A stretch of DNA of 64,000 nucleotides from assembly GCA_963807605.1 (NCBI GenBank), contig CAWECG010000003.1, forward strand, positions 480,001-544,000, in the 5' to 3' direction. Positions 29,486 to 40,044 of the stretch are shown here, piece by piece. The DNA is from Candidatus Bathyarchaeota archaeon (lineage in GTDB: Archaea > Thermoproteota > Bathyarchaeia > 40CM-2-53-6 > RBG-13-38-9). The stretch's first letter is position 1; every line of letters starts with the position of its first letter. A program made the translations under genes and the position numbers. The notes beneath the pieces were generated by a model. The model saw only the letters and a list, made by a program, of their open reading frames with translations, was not told the origin of the DNA and searched no databases.

Positions 29486-30844
29486 GTGACCCTGTTGATC
29501 GATGTTCTCCTTATCTACCCTTTTCAGAGAACGAGATTCGATAGATCGCCGTTCAGGTTTCCACCATTAGGTATAGGTTACATAGCCTCTGTTCTTCAGC
29601 AACGAGGGTTCAAAGTAGATGTACTAGATTGTACATTTCAAGATGAAAACGATCTACTTGATCAAATTGAAGGATCAAAGCCCAAGATAATTGGTATCTA
29701 TTCCATGTACTCGATGGAGAGAGAAAGCATCTCACTTGCAAGAAAGATCAAGCATACGGCCGATCTCTTGGTCGCGGGGGGGCCTCTCCCGACTATTAAT
29801 CCCAAGATTTTCCTAGACGATTTCGACATCGCGGTTGTTGGTGAGGCGGAAGTGACTATGCTTGAGATCGTTGAAGACTTTTTTGATCATAAAGAGCCAA
29901 AGAAAGTCAATGGAATCGTATTCAAGGACAATTTTGGAATTCAACATACACCGAAGAGGGAACATATAGTAGATCTTGATTTGATTCCCTTTCCTGCGAG
30001 AGAGCTTTTCGATAATGACGCCTACAGGGAATATTATCAGAAGAGCTTTGGATATACCATGACTTCGATGATATCCTCTAGAGGTTGCCCTTTCAAATGC
30101 GATTTCTGCAGTAGGCCTGTCTTTGGGGAGAGTTTCCGATCGAGGTCCGCGACTAATATCGTTGACGAAATGGAGTTGGTATCTAAGCTAGGGTACGATT
30201 CAGTCTGGTTTGCAGATGATTGCTTCACAGTGTCTAAAGATCGCGTTATTAAAATATGTGACGAGATTATTCGCCGAGATCTACGAATCAACTGGGAATG
30301 TCTCTCAAGGGTGGACACACGAGATCCTGAGATGTTTTTAGTAATGAAAAAGGCTGGATGCAGAAAAATATTTTTTGGGGTAGAGTCGGGCGATGAAAGA
30401 ATCCTGAAGTTGATGAAAAAGAATGTGGATATCCGGGCTGCAAGAGAGGCAATTTACAACGCAAGTTCTGCGGGCATTGGTACCGGCGCTTTCTTCATGA
30501 TAGGTTACCCAGGAGAGAGCAATGACACCATTCTCAACACCATAAGATTTGGAACCACCCTTCCGTTAGACTATCTTTCATTCACACTCCCCTATCCGAT
30601 ACCTGGAACTGGTCTCTATGATAAGGTGAAAGATGTCTTAAGAGCGCCCTCGAAAAAGAAGATCCGACTAGTAGATCACGAGCTTCACTTCAAATCCGAA
30701 TTCTCAGAATTCAAATTAAAATTTGCAATAGTTAAAGCTACTGTGCAGTTTAGAATCCGAAAGTATCTTGGTGATAGAGGATATAGTATAGTGGGAAGGC
30801 CCTTTGAAAAAATCTCAGATATGATATTCAGATCATTAGAATAA
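29486..30844 (+). CDS. B12-binding domain radical SAM protein
   Basis: PPLGIGYIA, AGGPLPT, GEAE, SRGCPFKCDFC and FGVESG. Confidence 0.92.
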   Translation: MTLLIDVLLIYPFQRTRFDRSPFRFPPLGIGYIASVLQQRGFKVDVLDCTFQDENDLLDQIEGSKPKIIGIYSMYSMERESISLARKIKHTADLLVAGGPLPTINPKIFLDDFDIAVVGEAEVTMLEIVEDFFDHKEPKKVNGIVFKDNFGIQHTPKREHIVDLDLIPFPARELFDNDAYREYYQKSFGYTMTSMISSRGCPFKCDFCSRPVFGESFRSRSATNIVDEMELVSKLGYDSVWFADDCFTVSKDRVIKICDEIIRRDLRINWECLSRVDTRDPEMFLVMKKAGCRKIFFGVESGDERILKLMKKNVDIRAAREAIYNASSAGIGTGAFFMIGYPGESNDTILNTIRFGTTLPLDYLSFTLPYPIPGTGLYDKVKDVLRAPSKKKIRLVDHELHFKSEFSEFKLKFAIVKATVQFRIRKYLGDRGYSIVGRPFEKISDMIFRSLE

Positions 30845-30970
30845 CGAACATTCTTCTACGCGTACGACAAAGGGTCACCTAAGTGTGAGAGGCCACAATA
30901 TCTTGGGGCATCATTTACCGGAATCAATGATGAGATAAAGTATGATAAAGTAGCAGGGAATCGCGACGAA

Positions 30971-32236
30971 ATGATATTTCGGCAAAAAATTCGAAAAGAG
31001 CGGCTTGTGTTCTGCGCACTCAGTTTGGCTCTCCAATCTGCAATTGGGTTGTTTTTGGGCCATCAGTATGATATGCAAATATTCTACGCAACAGGCTACG
31101 AGGTATTTAACGGAACCACGCCTTACGGTATTCTTCCAACAAGTTCGATATTTAACCGCCCAGATTTTATAGGCTTAGTTCCAAGCATTGGGTATCCCCC
31201 TCCTTGGGCACTTTATCTTGGAGTTATTTATGGCGCAGTATATTTACCGACAAAAAACATATTTGCGTATAATCTTGCAATAAAACTGCCAAGCATCATT
31301 AGCAACATCGCTTTAGCCTTCTTGGCAGAGCAAATAGCAATTCAGGAAGGTCTTGACAGAAAGACCTCTAACAAGGTGTTCTATGTTCTTCTCTTTAATC
31401 CATTTATGATCTACATATCGGCGGCGTGGGGTCAATTTGATTCAATTGTAGTTCTAGCAACTGTTCTCGCTTTGAATGAGCTATATCGTGGCAAAATCGG
31501 CATATCCTCAATTCTCATAGCTCTATCCATATCCTTGAAGATCATTCCGCTGATTCTGGTACCGATGTTTCTGCTTTTCATCATAAAGAATTACGGTTTG
31601 AAGTTCATATCAAAGTTCGTAGTGGGTTGCGTTGTTGCGTTTGCCACTTTTTCTTTTCTACCATTCAAGATCTTTGGTTGGGACCTTAGTTTCATTTTAA
31701 ACAATTTGCAGGACCCATTTAGTAGAGCCGGGTGTTTTACTTTCTTTAACATTCTTGAATTGTTAAAAGATCGTGTTTCTCTTCCTCAAGAGTGGGCATT
31801 TTTGGGTTACCTGTGGATTCCAAGCCTAATTATCGGCTACTCTTGTCTTTCAAGGACTAGCCTGAATTCCAAGATGGATCTTTTCAGGTGGTCATCATCG
31901 ATACTATTTGTTCTTATGCTCACAAGAAGCTGGGTTTCAGAGCAGAACGTTGTATTGTTGGTTCCAATGGTCATGCTTGTTTCAGTCATAGGTTTTGAGG
32001 GTTGGAAAATGTCACATCTCGTTTGGATAATTACTCTTATCTTCACTTTTCTCAATACAAGTCCGTTTCAGCTATTCTTCCTCGTATCGCCTAAACCGTA
32101 TATCTGGATAAAAAGCCTAGACGAATCCTTTAGAACATCTAGACTCATCTTGAGATTTCTTGCGGTGATACCGTGGCAAATAGTAGGTTGGCATTATTTT
32201 AGGAGAACAATCAACGCGCGAAGGCTGTCTCTATGA
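30971..32236 (+). CDS. GT-C fold membrane glycosyltransferase-like protein (GT87/PIG-M-like)
   Basis: About 11 TM segments; YPPPW, FNPFMIYISAAWGQFDSI and SLKIIP. Confidence 0.75.
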   Translation: MIFRQKIRKERLVFCALSLALQSAIGLFLGHQYDMQIFYATGYEVFNGTTPYGILPTSSIFNRPDFIGLVPSIGYPPPWALYLGVIYGAVYLPTKNIFAYNLAIKLPSIISNIALAFLAEQIAIQEGLDRKTSNKVFYVLLFNPFMIYISAAWGQFDSIVVLATVLALNELYRGKIGISSILIALSISLKIIPLILVPMFLLFIIKNYGLKFISKFVVGCVVAFATFSFLPFKIFGWDLSFILNNLQDPFSRAGCFTFFNILELLKDRVSLPQEWAFLGYLWIPSLIIGYSCLSRTSLNSKMDLFRWSSSILFVLMLTRSWVSEQNVVLLVPMVMLVSVIGFEGWKMSHLVWIITLIFTFLNTSPFQLFFLVSPKPYIWIKSLDESFRTSRLILRFLAVIPWQIVGWHYFRRTINARRLSL

Positions 32237-32570
32237 CTTCCGTAGGAGGAGTTCCTTAAACGAAGCAGGAGAAAACGCATAATCGTAAGGATCGGTAGTA
32301 TGAACTGAGGCGGTCAATCATTTTGGCTAGGATCACAACACATTGGCTAGATGAAAAAGATTAACATGCTCGAATACCGAGTAGGGTCATCTCACCATAG
32401 CGTGCGTTAGGAAAGGGATACGGACTCTCGCTCAATTATTTCTCAATCCATGATCTGAACGGAAACTCTCCATTTTCGATCATTATATGTTCTTGTTAGC
32501 AGGACTGCCGGCACATTGACAGCTTGCCTAGTCCAAAACATTTAGAACGTTCGCCGCACAAGATCAAACT

Positions 32571-34298
32571 ATGATCGCATCCGATTTGTCTTTCAAGATA
32601 GGCGGAGAGGCTGGTCAAGGGCTCCAGACTACCGGCTACATTATGTCCAGGAGCCTAGCCAAAAGCGGCCTCTACATCTTTGCTAATCAGGATAACGAAT
32701 CTAGAATCAGAGGCGGTCATAACTTTTTTCAGATCCGTGTGAGCGAGAAGCCAGTCCAGAATCTGTCGGAGAATATTCACATAGTAGTTGCCATGGACAA
32801 TAGAACGATCACCGAGCACAGAGATGAACTCGTTGAAGATGGCATCATAATCTTCGATGGCGAGAAAATCAAGGTAGCGGAAACGGACGCTAACCTACTG
32901 AGCGTTCCTTTTGAAAGGTTGTCTAAGGAAACGACAGGTACAGCGACTATGGCTAACTCAGTGGCTGTAGCGTCGGCACTAAGCCTACTCGATTATGATT
33001 TTGAGTTGCTGACTAGCGTTCTGGATGACACCTTCAAAGAGAAGGGTGCGGAAGTCTCTGAGAAGAACACTCAGGCTGCAAGAGCCGGCTATGATTACAT
33101 TAAGAAGAATGCCGGGGGACGATTCAAGTATCAGCTTAAGATGGCCACGAAAGCTCAAGATAGAATACTGCTCAGCGGAAACGATGCTATAGCCTCCGGG
33201 GCACTGATTTGTGGTTGCAAGTTTATGTCAGGGTATCCTATGAGCCCATCAACCCCGATCCAGCAGTTCTTCGCCTCAAAAATGAAGGATTACCCAGTGG
33301 TCTTTGAGATGGGTGAGGACGAGATTGCTGTCATAAACATGGCTTTGGGCGCCTCATTCGCCGGAGTGAGGTCGATGGTCGCGACATCCGGTGGGGGTTT
33401 CTCACTTATGGTTGAGGCACTTAGCCTCGCAGGCATGACGGAGACACCGGTTGTAATAATCGTCTGTCAAAGACCTGGTCCTGCGACTGGATTTCCCACA
33501 AGGACAGAGCAGGCTGAGCTGGAGTTCGTCATTCACGCAGGTCACGGTGAGTTTCCAAAGGCGGTGCTTGCTCCTGGAAACGCCGAACAAGCCTTCTTCC
33601 TTACGTCGAAAGCCTTCAACCTAGCAGAGAAGTACCAGGTCCCTGTGATACTCCTATCTGACCAACATCTTTCGGACTCATATTTTACCACTGAAAGATT
33701 CGAGACTTCTCTCGTCAAAATCGAGAGGGGGCAGTTCTTCACCGAGTCCGATGCAAAGAAACTTGGAGAATACAAGCGACATATGATTACAGACTCCGGG
33801 GTCTCTCCAAGAATGTTTCCGGGTCAGAGTTGGGGGCTTGTAGTCGCCGATAGCGATGAGCATACGGAGGACGGCCACATTACGGAGCTTGCCGAGGTCA
33901 GAATAAAGAATGTGACTAAACGCCTGAAAAAGTTTGAACTGCTAAGCAGGGAAATCAGCCCTCCTTACACCTATGGTCCCTCAGATGCTGAAACGGTCAT
34001 GATCGGATGGGGTTCAACCTACGGGGCTCTTAGAGAAGCGGCTGATATTCTCAACACTCAGGGCTCCAAGGTCAAGATGCTTCATCTGAGCGAAATATGG
34101 CCGTTCCCCAGGGAAGCTGTAACCGGAGAGCTGAAGAGGGCAAAGTATTCAGTGTGTGTTGAGAGCAACGCAACTGGCCAGATGGCTCACCTCATTAGGG
34201 CTGAGACAGGAATTGAAGTCACTTCCAAGATTTTGAGGTTTGATGGAAGACCCATCTCTCCACAGTTTATCCTGAGAGAACTAGAGAAGGTAAGGTGA
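32571..34298 (+). CDS. korA: 2-oxoacid:ferredoxin oxidoreductase alpha subunit (gamma-alpha fusion)
   Basis: GGEAGQG, SRIRGGHN, GYPMSPST, ATSGGGFSLM and QRPGPATGFPT. Confidence 0.92.
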   Translation: MIASDLSFKIGGEAGQGLQTTGYIMSRSLAKSGLYIFANQDNESRIRGGHNFFQIRVSEKPVQNLSENIHIVVAMDNRTITEHRDELVEDGIIIFDGEKIKVAETDANLLSVPFERLSKETTGTATMANSVAVASALSLLDYDFELLTSVLDDTFKEKGAEVSEKNTQAARAGYDYIKKNAGGRFKYQLKMATKAQDRILLSGNDAIASGALICGCKFMSGYPMSPSTPIQQFFASKMKDYPVVFEMGEDEIAVINMALGASFAGVRSMVATSGGGFSLMVEALSLAGMTETPVVIIVCQRPGPATGFPTRTEQAELEFVIHAGHGEFPKAVLAPGNAEQAFFLTSKAFNLAEKYQVPVILLSDQHLSDSYFTTERFETSLVKIERGQFFTESDAKKLGEYKRHMITDSGVSPRMFPGQSWGLVVADSDEHTEDGHITELAEVRIKNVTKRLKKFELLSREISPPYTYGPSDAETVMIGWGSTYGALREAADILNTQGSKVKMLHLSEIWPFPREAVTGELKRAKYSVCVESNATGQMAHLIRAETGIEVTSKILRFDGRPISPQFILRELEKVR

Positions 34299-35158
34299 TA
34301 ATTTTGGTGACAATGGAGAATTACCAAGGCGGCGAAACAGCGTGGTGTCCAGGATGCGGAAACTTTGGGATCCTGACCGCGGTTAAGCGAGCGCTTGTTA
34401 AACTGAACTTGGAGCCACACCAAGTCTTGATGGTCTCAGGAATAGGACAAGCAAGCAAACTGCCACACTACATGCGATGTAATCTCTTCGACGGCCTCCA
34501 CGGCAGGATTCTGCCAGTTGCGACAGCGGCGAAAATAGCAAACCCCAAACTGACGGTGATAGCCGATGGAGGAGATGGGGAGATCTACGGAGAAGGCGGA
34601 AACCACTTAATCCATACCATCAGGAGAAACCCGGATATTACTTGTCTTGTACATGACAATCAGGTTTATGCTCTTACCAAAGGGCAGGCTTGTCCCACAA
34701 GTGAAGATGGCTACGTAACCAAGACTACCCCCCTGGGAACATTTTCAAGACGATTCAATACCACATCCTTAGCGGTTGCACTCGGGGCTTCCTTCGTCGC
34801 TCGCAGCTACGCAGGTAATGTAGCACATTTAGCAGACCTAATCGCACAGGGGATATCGAACCGGGGCTTCAGCCTAATTAATATCCTTCAACCGTGCGTG
34901 ACCTGGAACCATTTGAATACTTACCAGTGGTATGGAAGTAGAGTATACAAGCTTGATAGCTCATACAATCCTAAGGACAAGATGGCCGCGTTCCAGAAAG
35001 CCCAAGAGTGGGGAGAGCGAATCCCGATAGGAGTAATCTACACTGAAGAAAGACCGACATACGGAGATCATAACTCGAGAATCATTCAGATGCCTCTTGC
35101 TGAACAACTGCATGATCTGAAGAGTTACGAGAAGATTCTGGACGATTTCAGAGTATGA
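34295..35158 (+). CDS. korB: 2-oxoacid:ferredoxin oxidoreductase beta subunit
   Basis: WCPGCGNFG, LHGR, GGDG...DNQVYALTKGQ and QPCVTW. Confidence 0.92.
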   Translation: MIILVTMENYQGGETAWCPGCGNFGILTAVKRALVKLNLEPHQVLMVSGIGQASKLPHYMRCNLFDGLHGRILPVATAAKIANPKLTVIADGGDGEIYGEGGNHLIHTIRRNPDITCLVHDNQVYALTKGQACPTSEDGYVTKTTPLGTFSRRFNTTSLAVALGASFVARSYAGNVAHLADLIAQGISNRGFSLINILQPCVTWNHLNTYQWYGSRVYKLDSSYNPKDKMAAFQKAQEWGERIPIGVIYTEERPTYGDHNSRIIQMPLAEQLHDLKSYEKILDDFRV

Positions 35159-35397
35159 ACTGAGTCGCGAGGTTACTGCAAGAAGACAGATCACGACAGG
35201 AGGATAGGGCTCAACCCTAAGTCCCACTTTTCAGAAATGACGCATCAAAATGCCGAAGTGGGAGCACACAAGGTGGGTTTGTTTTCTTGACCTTTCAACT
35301 GCAATGATCTCAGCAACAAGATCATCACTCGCGTTTTCTCTGAACGTTGACAGAATAGAATCCGCACGTAAAAGACTTTATTGACATTCGTCAGTAA

Positions 35398-35955
35398 TTA
35401 TGTTGCAGGGCTTGATCTTCTTGCCTTCTTAGGATTAACCTTAACCATTATTGCATTATCAGTGGTATCGTATGTGACATCCAAGCCGATGTCTTCCGCA
35501 TACTTCTTGATGACCTCAGCCGAGAAGATCGACCACTGACGACAAAGCCTATGTCGTATGGTAAACTGGTCCCCATATTCGCCCTTTGCATACGAAAACG
35601 GCCGCATATGCATGTGTCTCTCCATGAATTCAACCAGTCTTCTGAGAACCTCAAGGTCGCCCCACCGTAGAGCGCGTATCCCACTTCCTTAAAGATGGGA
35701 GTCCCGACTTCGTGAGCTATGTTCATCAGATCGTCATCGTCGATGTGTTGCAGGAATCCGTTTAGTAATGTTTTGCTTATTTTCACCAGTTCGAACTGAT
35801 CAGATATCGGCTCCCCTTCAAGGCTCCTCCGGAGGGTTCGGGTAACGTAGCTGTTCAGACTCAAATCCTTTCTGGAGGCTTGCCTTCTAAGTTCACTCTC
35901 AAGGTCTGAGCTGATTCTGAACGAGACTGTTCTGGAATCGTTTTTTCAAAACCAT
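35398..35955 (-). pseudogene. RHH-domain protein split by two frameshifts
   Basis: SRTVSFRISSDLESELRRQASRKDLSLNSYV (RHH) followed by a HRLCRQWSIF C-domain in another frame; indels at the A6 run near 35943 and the G4 run near 35661. Confidence 0.65.
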
Positions 35956-36400
35956 CTCGATGACTGCCCATGTTCGGTATACAAGATTATATATTGCTGG
36001 ATTATTTGTGTTCTTCCGTTTATGATCATATGTATTGCAAATGCAGGTATTGTTTACAAGCAGAATCTCTGGGTGTGGTTCACTGGCTTTACAAGGGCAT
36101 TATGCTAGCAGAGATCACTGTGTACGAGTGACTGGGGCTTAACCAGGTCTATTGTTGTTGTACGCCGAAATTGTATCTGGGAGTGAGGGGTTGTGTCTTG
36201 GCAAGTCAGGAACGGGTTTCGTGATTGATACAGCGCTAGGGATCCAGGCCTTCTTCTCAGAGTGAATGACTCCATAGATTTGTTACCTGCGATTGGAAGG
36301 CAGGGTTACGCTAGGCACATATGTAGTACCTATGATATTTTGACACGCAAAATCGTGCAATCGAGACAGGTTGCAGGAGGTTGAGAGTTTGCCTAGGACA

Positions 36401-36634
36401 ATGAATGCGCTCTCCACGATGATGGCTCAGAAGAGGGTTCCAATTCGGATTCCCGGCCCCATGATGAATGAAGTGGACAGGATCGTCAGGGACCATCCAG
36501 AACTGAATTTCAATAGACAGCAGTTTGTCGAGTCTTCCTTGAGAGAGAAGATTGTGCGCATCATACTGCTTGAAGGTGTAAGGACAAACACCAATCAAGT
36601 GACAGTAGGAAACCAGATAGAAACCATATGCTAG
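36401..36634 (+). CDS. CopG/RHH family small regulator
   Basis: RVPIRIPGPMMNEVDRIV...NRQQFVESSLREKI. Confidence 0.7.
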   Translation: MNALSTMMAQKRVPIRIPGPMMNEVDRIVRDHPELNFNRQQFVESSLREKIVRIILLEGVRTNTNQVTVGNQIETIC

Positions 36635-36808
36635 TGGCTTGAACCGCCACTCAGAAACGAACGCCTCTTCATCGGATTAGCCGCGCTCTGTCACTCCGGG
36701 TTGTCGATCCCAGTTATACAAGAGATATGTGCAATATCTGTTCTGTAAGAATAATGTATAGCGATCAGTCCAGGAGTTGAGAGGTTGCCTGGTACAATCA
36801 ACAGCTTG

Positions 36809-36895
36809 ATGAATCAGAGGCGTGTCACAATTCGGCTTCCGAGCGGCATGATGAATGAGGTCGATAGTACGTTAAGGTTGCTTCACATATTGTGA
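36809..36895 (+). pseudogene. Truncated diverged duplicate of the upstream RHH gene
   Basis: MNQRRVTIRLPSGMMNEVD; upstream DNA also resembles 36374-36400. Confidence 0.55.
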
Positions 36896-37142
36896 GTGGT
36901 ACTGAGAGGATTCTTGGGATCGATCTGACCAGCGACAAGCAACAAAAACTCGAAGACCACATTATGCAACTACTGTTGGATGAGTCCAGCCCTGAAGAGA
37001 TGACAGAAGAAAGAGTCTTCAGATGGATTGAAACAAGAATTCAGAAGCTGGACACACAATAAGTTCATGGTATTTCGCGCGCACTCATGATTGCAACATT
37101 ACTGCTCAAACCTTTTCAATTACCCCCAATTGATTATGCGCC

Positions 37143-37988
37143 ATGCGTATTCAAGTCACTTTAACGCCGCCTGAATCGAAGAAGATTATAGCCCAAGCGG
37201 TTGCAGCACTGGATGTTGTTGAGCAGGCAAGGAAGGAAGGGATAATCCTTGTCAGTACCAGCACAACGTGCACATTCATTCTCGAAGAACTGACCCACAG
37301 AAAGATCACACATGGCTACGGATGTGGTATAGTTATACCGAGAGGAACCTGCATAATGCAAGAGATGCTCGATTCCATACGTCGACGAGGATACCCAAAA
37401 GTATGGGTATTGGAAAAAGGCACCTTGCACGAAGACCCAGAACTTGACGACGTTCTAAAACAAATGGGCGCGCGGGACGTCTTCATAAAAGGTGCCAACG
37501 CTTTAGACCCACAAGGGAATGCAGGGATCTTCCTTGGCAGCCCAATAGGCGGTACAGTTGGCAGAGTCCTAGGAACCGCGATGGCCAAAGGAATCAATAT
37601 GATTATTCCAGTAGGTCTGGAGAAGATGATACCAACACCAATTTCGAAGGCAGCCGCTGAAGCGGGCATCAACAGGATGGACTATTCAATGGGTATGCCA
37701 GTAGGGTTACTCCCCCTCAATGGAACAGTCATCGATGAGGTCAAAGCATTCCAGATATTGGCTGGCGCAGAAGCGATCCCGATAGGCGCAGGCGGATTAA
37801 ATGGAGCAGAAGGCTCGATCACGCTAGTCATCAAAGGTTCAGACAGTCAGGTCGAAAAGAGTTTGAAGATAGCAAAATCCGTTAAAGGGACTCAAGAGCC
37901 TGACGTGCGGCCAGCGGAGTGTCTAGACTGCAGATATCCGAGATGTTCTCTAGGTGCAGAAGCTGCAGCCGAGAATAAATCGGAATAG
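37143..37988 (+). CDS. Conserved hypothetical protein
   Basis: 281-aa ORF; DVFIKGANALD...GGTVG...IPVGLEK...GAGGLNGAEG. Confidence 0.8.
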   Translation: MRIQVTLTPPESKKIIAQAVAALDVVEQARKEGIILVSTSTTCTFILEELTHRKITHGYGCGIVIPRGTCIMQEMLDSIRRRGYPKVWVLEKGTLHEDPELDDVLKQMGARDVFIKGANALDPQGNAGIFLGSPIGGTVGRVLGTAMAKGINMIIPVGLEKMIPTPISKAAAEAGINRMDYSMGMPVGLLPLNGTVIDEVKAFQILAGAEAIPIGAGGLNGAEGSITLVIKGSDSQVEKSLKIAKSVKGTQEPDVRPAECLDCRYPRCSLGAEAAAENKSE

Positions 37989-38103
37989 CCCCGGCCATCT
38001 TTCTTCTGGTTCACCAGCCGTAGTCTCCTGTGAGATGCATCAGTGCAGTCACGATCGTGAGAATCCAGCGTAGAACAAAGTCGCAGAATACGAGGTTAGA
38101 GTA

Positions 38104-39066
38104 TTGCTCGGGACAATAGATTCAATGAGTGTTGAGATTCAAAACCAGATAGAAGATCTTCCTCGATATGCCCGCTACCTTTCCGAATTGTCGGCGGCTC
38201 CTGATAGGGAGAAGGGGGGAAGAAAATGCGTCTTCACAGGTGCCGGTGATTCCTTCGCTGCAGCTTTGGCAGCTGAACAGCTAAGCGAATACGCTGCAAG
38301 ATGCTTTGATCCTTACGAGATTAGTTTGCGACCTTCCGTAGTAACAGACTCGCACCTGTATGTTGTCTCAGTTTCAGGCAGGACAAAGAGTAACATCGAA
38401 GCCGCAAAGGCAGCCAAGAAATATGCCGCGAGAGTCACGGCAATTACTGCAAATCGAGACAGCGCCTTATCCAAGTCATCTGATGACGTCTTGGACCTTA
38501 GATTCTGCAGTGAAGGCAGACTGACTCCGGGGACTGGAAGCTTTACTGCAAGTCTCCTAGCCTGCTATTCACGTATCCAATCACTCCCCGAAATCTCCGA
38601 CCTCTCTCATATTTACGAAGAGGCCTTATTGTGGTCTGCTGAAACTGATGTTCCAATAAATTCAACTACTTTCTTCGTTGGCACGGGTTTGGCCTACCCC
38701 CTAGCCATTTATGGCAAGGCTAAGATCCACGAGGTTTTGGGATCCAAGGCTCAATCCCAGACGACTGAACAGTTCAGCCATATGGAGCTTTTCTCATTGA
38801 CAAGAGATGATCTGGTTATCGTAATGCCAGAGGATGAACATGACGATCTAGCGAGAGAACTTCATAGTCTGCTAGAGGAGATGCCTTTTCGGGCCGTGTT
38901 ATTCCCCACGAAGAATGATGACCGAATCAAAGATTCCTTGAGGGGAGCAATCTATCTTCAGACCCTGGCATGGAACACGGCAAAAGACCACGGAGTAAGA
39001 GAATGCGCGTTTGTCGATAAGAAACATCTGCTTGCGATAAGCGACAAGATGATATACATCCCATAG
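38104..39066 (+). CDS. SIS-domain sugar isomerase/GlmS-like protein
   Basis: FTGAGDSF, SVSGRT, AITAN and EQFSHME. Confidence 0.82.
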   Translation: MLGTIDSMSVEIQNQIEDLPRYARYLSELSAAPDREKGGRKCVFTGAGDSFAAALAAEQLSEYAARCFDPYEISLRPSVVTDSHLYVVSVSGRTKSNIEAAKAAKKYAARVTAITANRDSALSKSSDDVLDLRFCSEGRLTPGTGSFTASLLACYSRIQSLPEISDLSHIYEEALLWSAETDVPINSTTFFVGTGLAYPLAIYGKAKIHEVLGSKAQSQTTEQFSHMELFSLTRDDLVIVMPEDEHDDLARELHSLLEEMPFRAVLFPTKNDDRIKDSLRGAIYLQTLAWNTAKDHGVRECAFVDKKHLLAISDKMIYIP

Positions 39067-39135
39067 GTTGATACGCCCAAAAGAGCAGATCAGCGAGCGG
39101 ACTATGTTTCAGCCAAAGAGGATGTCGCAAATATC

Positions 39136-39801
39136 ATGACAATACTTCAAGCCGATATCTTTGGAAGCCCTAACATAGGCGTCTACTGTTTCGCATGCGA
39201 AGGATGGGCAGCGGTTCCCGCCGGCACTCCCCCGAATAAGAAGAAGAAATTCAGCGAGTGCCTCGAGGTGGACGTCTGCGAGGTAGATATCGCAGGCTCC
39301 AGTCTTTTGGGCATATTGTTGGCGGGAAACGCTAACGGCTTGGCACTTCCGGATATAATCCACCCCCATGAACTCGAGACCATAAAGAAGTCCACTCAGA
39401 GTAACATCGAGACTTTGAAGGATGAGAGAAACGCTCTAGGCAACCTAATTCTGGCGAACGATCATGGGGCGATAGTCGACCCCTCCTTTTCAACAACAAC
39501 AATCAGAGCACTTGAGCAACTTCTCCAGGTTGAGGTCGTCAAAGGATACATCTCAGGTTTTCCTTACGTCGGCTCTCTGGGCGTCGCAACAAATAAAGGA
39601 GCGATTATACATCCCTTGATACGTGATGACGAGAAGGAAACTCTAGAGGAAGTATTGAAGGTTCCAATCGAACCTTCAACAGTCAATGGAGGCGTTCCCT
39701 TCATAAGGTCAGGCCTCCTAGCAACCAGCCTCGGGGTAGTAACCGGCCCGTTGACTGCAGGCAATGAGCTCATGGTTATATCAAGGATGATGGAGGTATA
39801 A
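39136..39801 (+). CDS. eif6: Translation initiation factor aIF6
   Basis: GSPNIGVY, ALGNLILANDHGA and TVNGGVPF. Confidence 0.93.
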   Translation: MTILQADIFGSPNIGVYCFACEGWAAVPAGTPPNKKKKFSECLEVDVCEVDIAGSSLLGILLAGNANGLALPDIIHPHELETIKKSTQSNIETLKDERNALGNLILANDHGAIVDPSFSTTTIRALEQLLQVEVVKGYISGFPYVGSLGVATNKGAIIHPLIRDDEKETLEEVLKVPIEPSTVNGGVPFIRSGLLATSLGVVTGPLTAGNELMVISRMMEV

Positions 39802-39816
39802 AGAGGCGAAGTTTGA

Positions 39817-40038
39817 ATGAGCGAAGTCAAAACATTTCGGATCACTGGAGAGATCAAGAAGCCAAACGGCAACATAAACTTCTCAAAAGAAATGAAGGGC
39901 CTGCGAAAGGAGCAAGTGGTAGAAAGACTATACGCCGAACTGGGCAGCAAACATAAAGCCAAAAGATTTGAGATAACATTTAAGAAGATAACAGAAGAAA
40001 AGCCGGCGCCCGAGAAAGCAACCAAGACAAGGAAGTGA
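39817..40038 (+). CDS. rpl18a: 50S ribosomal protein L18Ae/LX (eL20)
   Basis: KTFRITG and YAELGSKHKAKR; position in the eif6-pfdA-ftsY operon. Confidence 0.9.
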   Translation: MSEVKTFRITGEIKKPNGNINFSKEMKGLRKEQVVERLYAELGSKHKAKRFEITFKKITEEKPAPEKATKTRK

Positions 40039-40044
40039 AGATAA

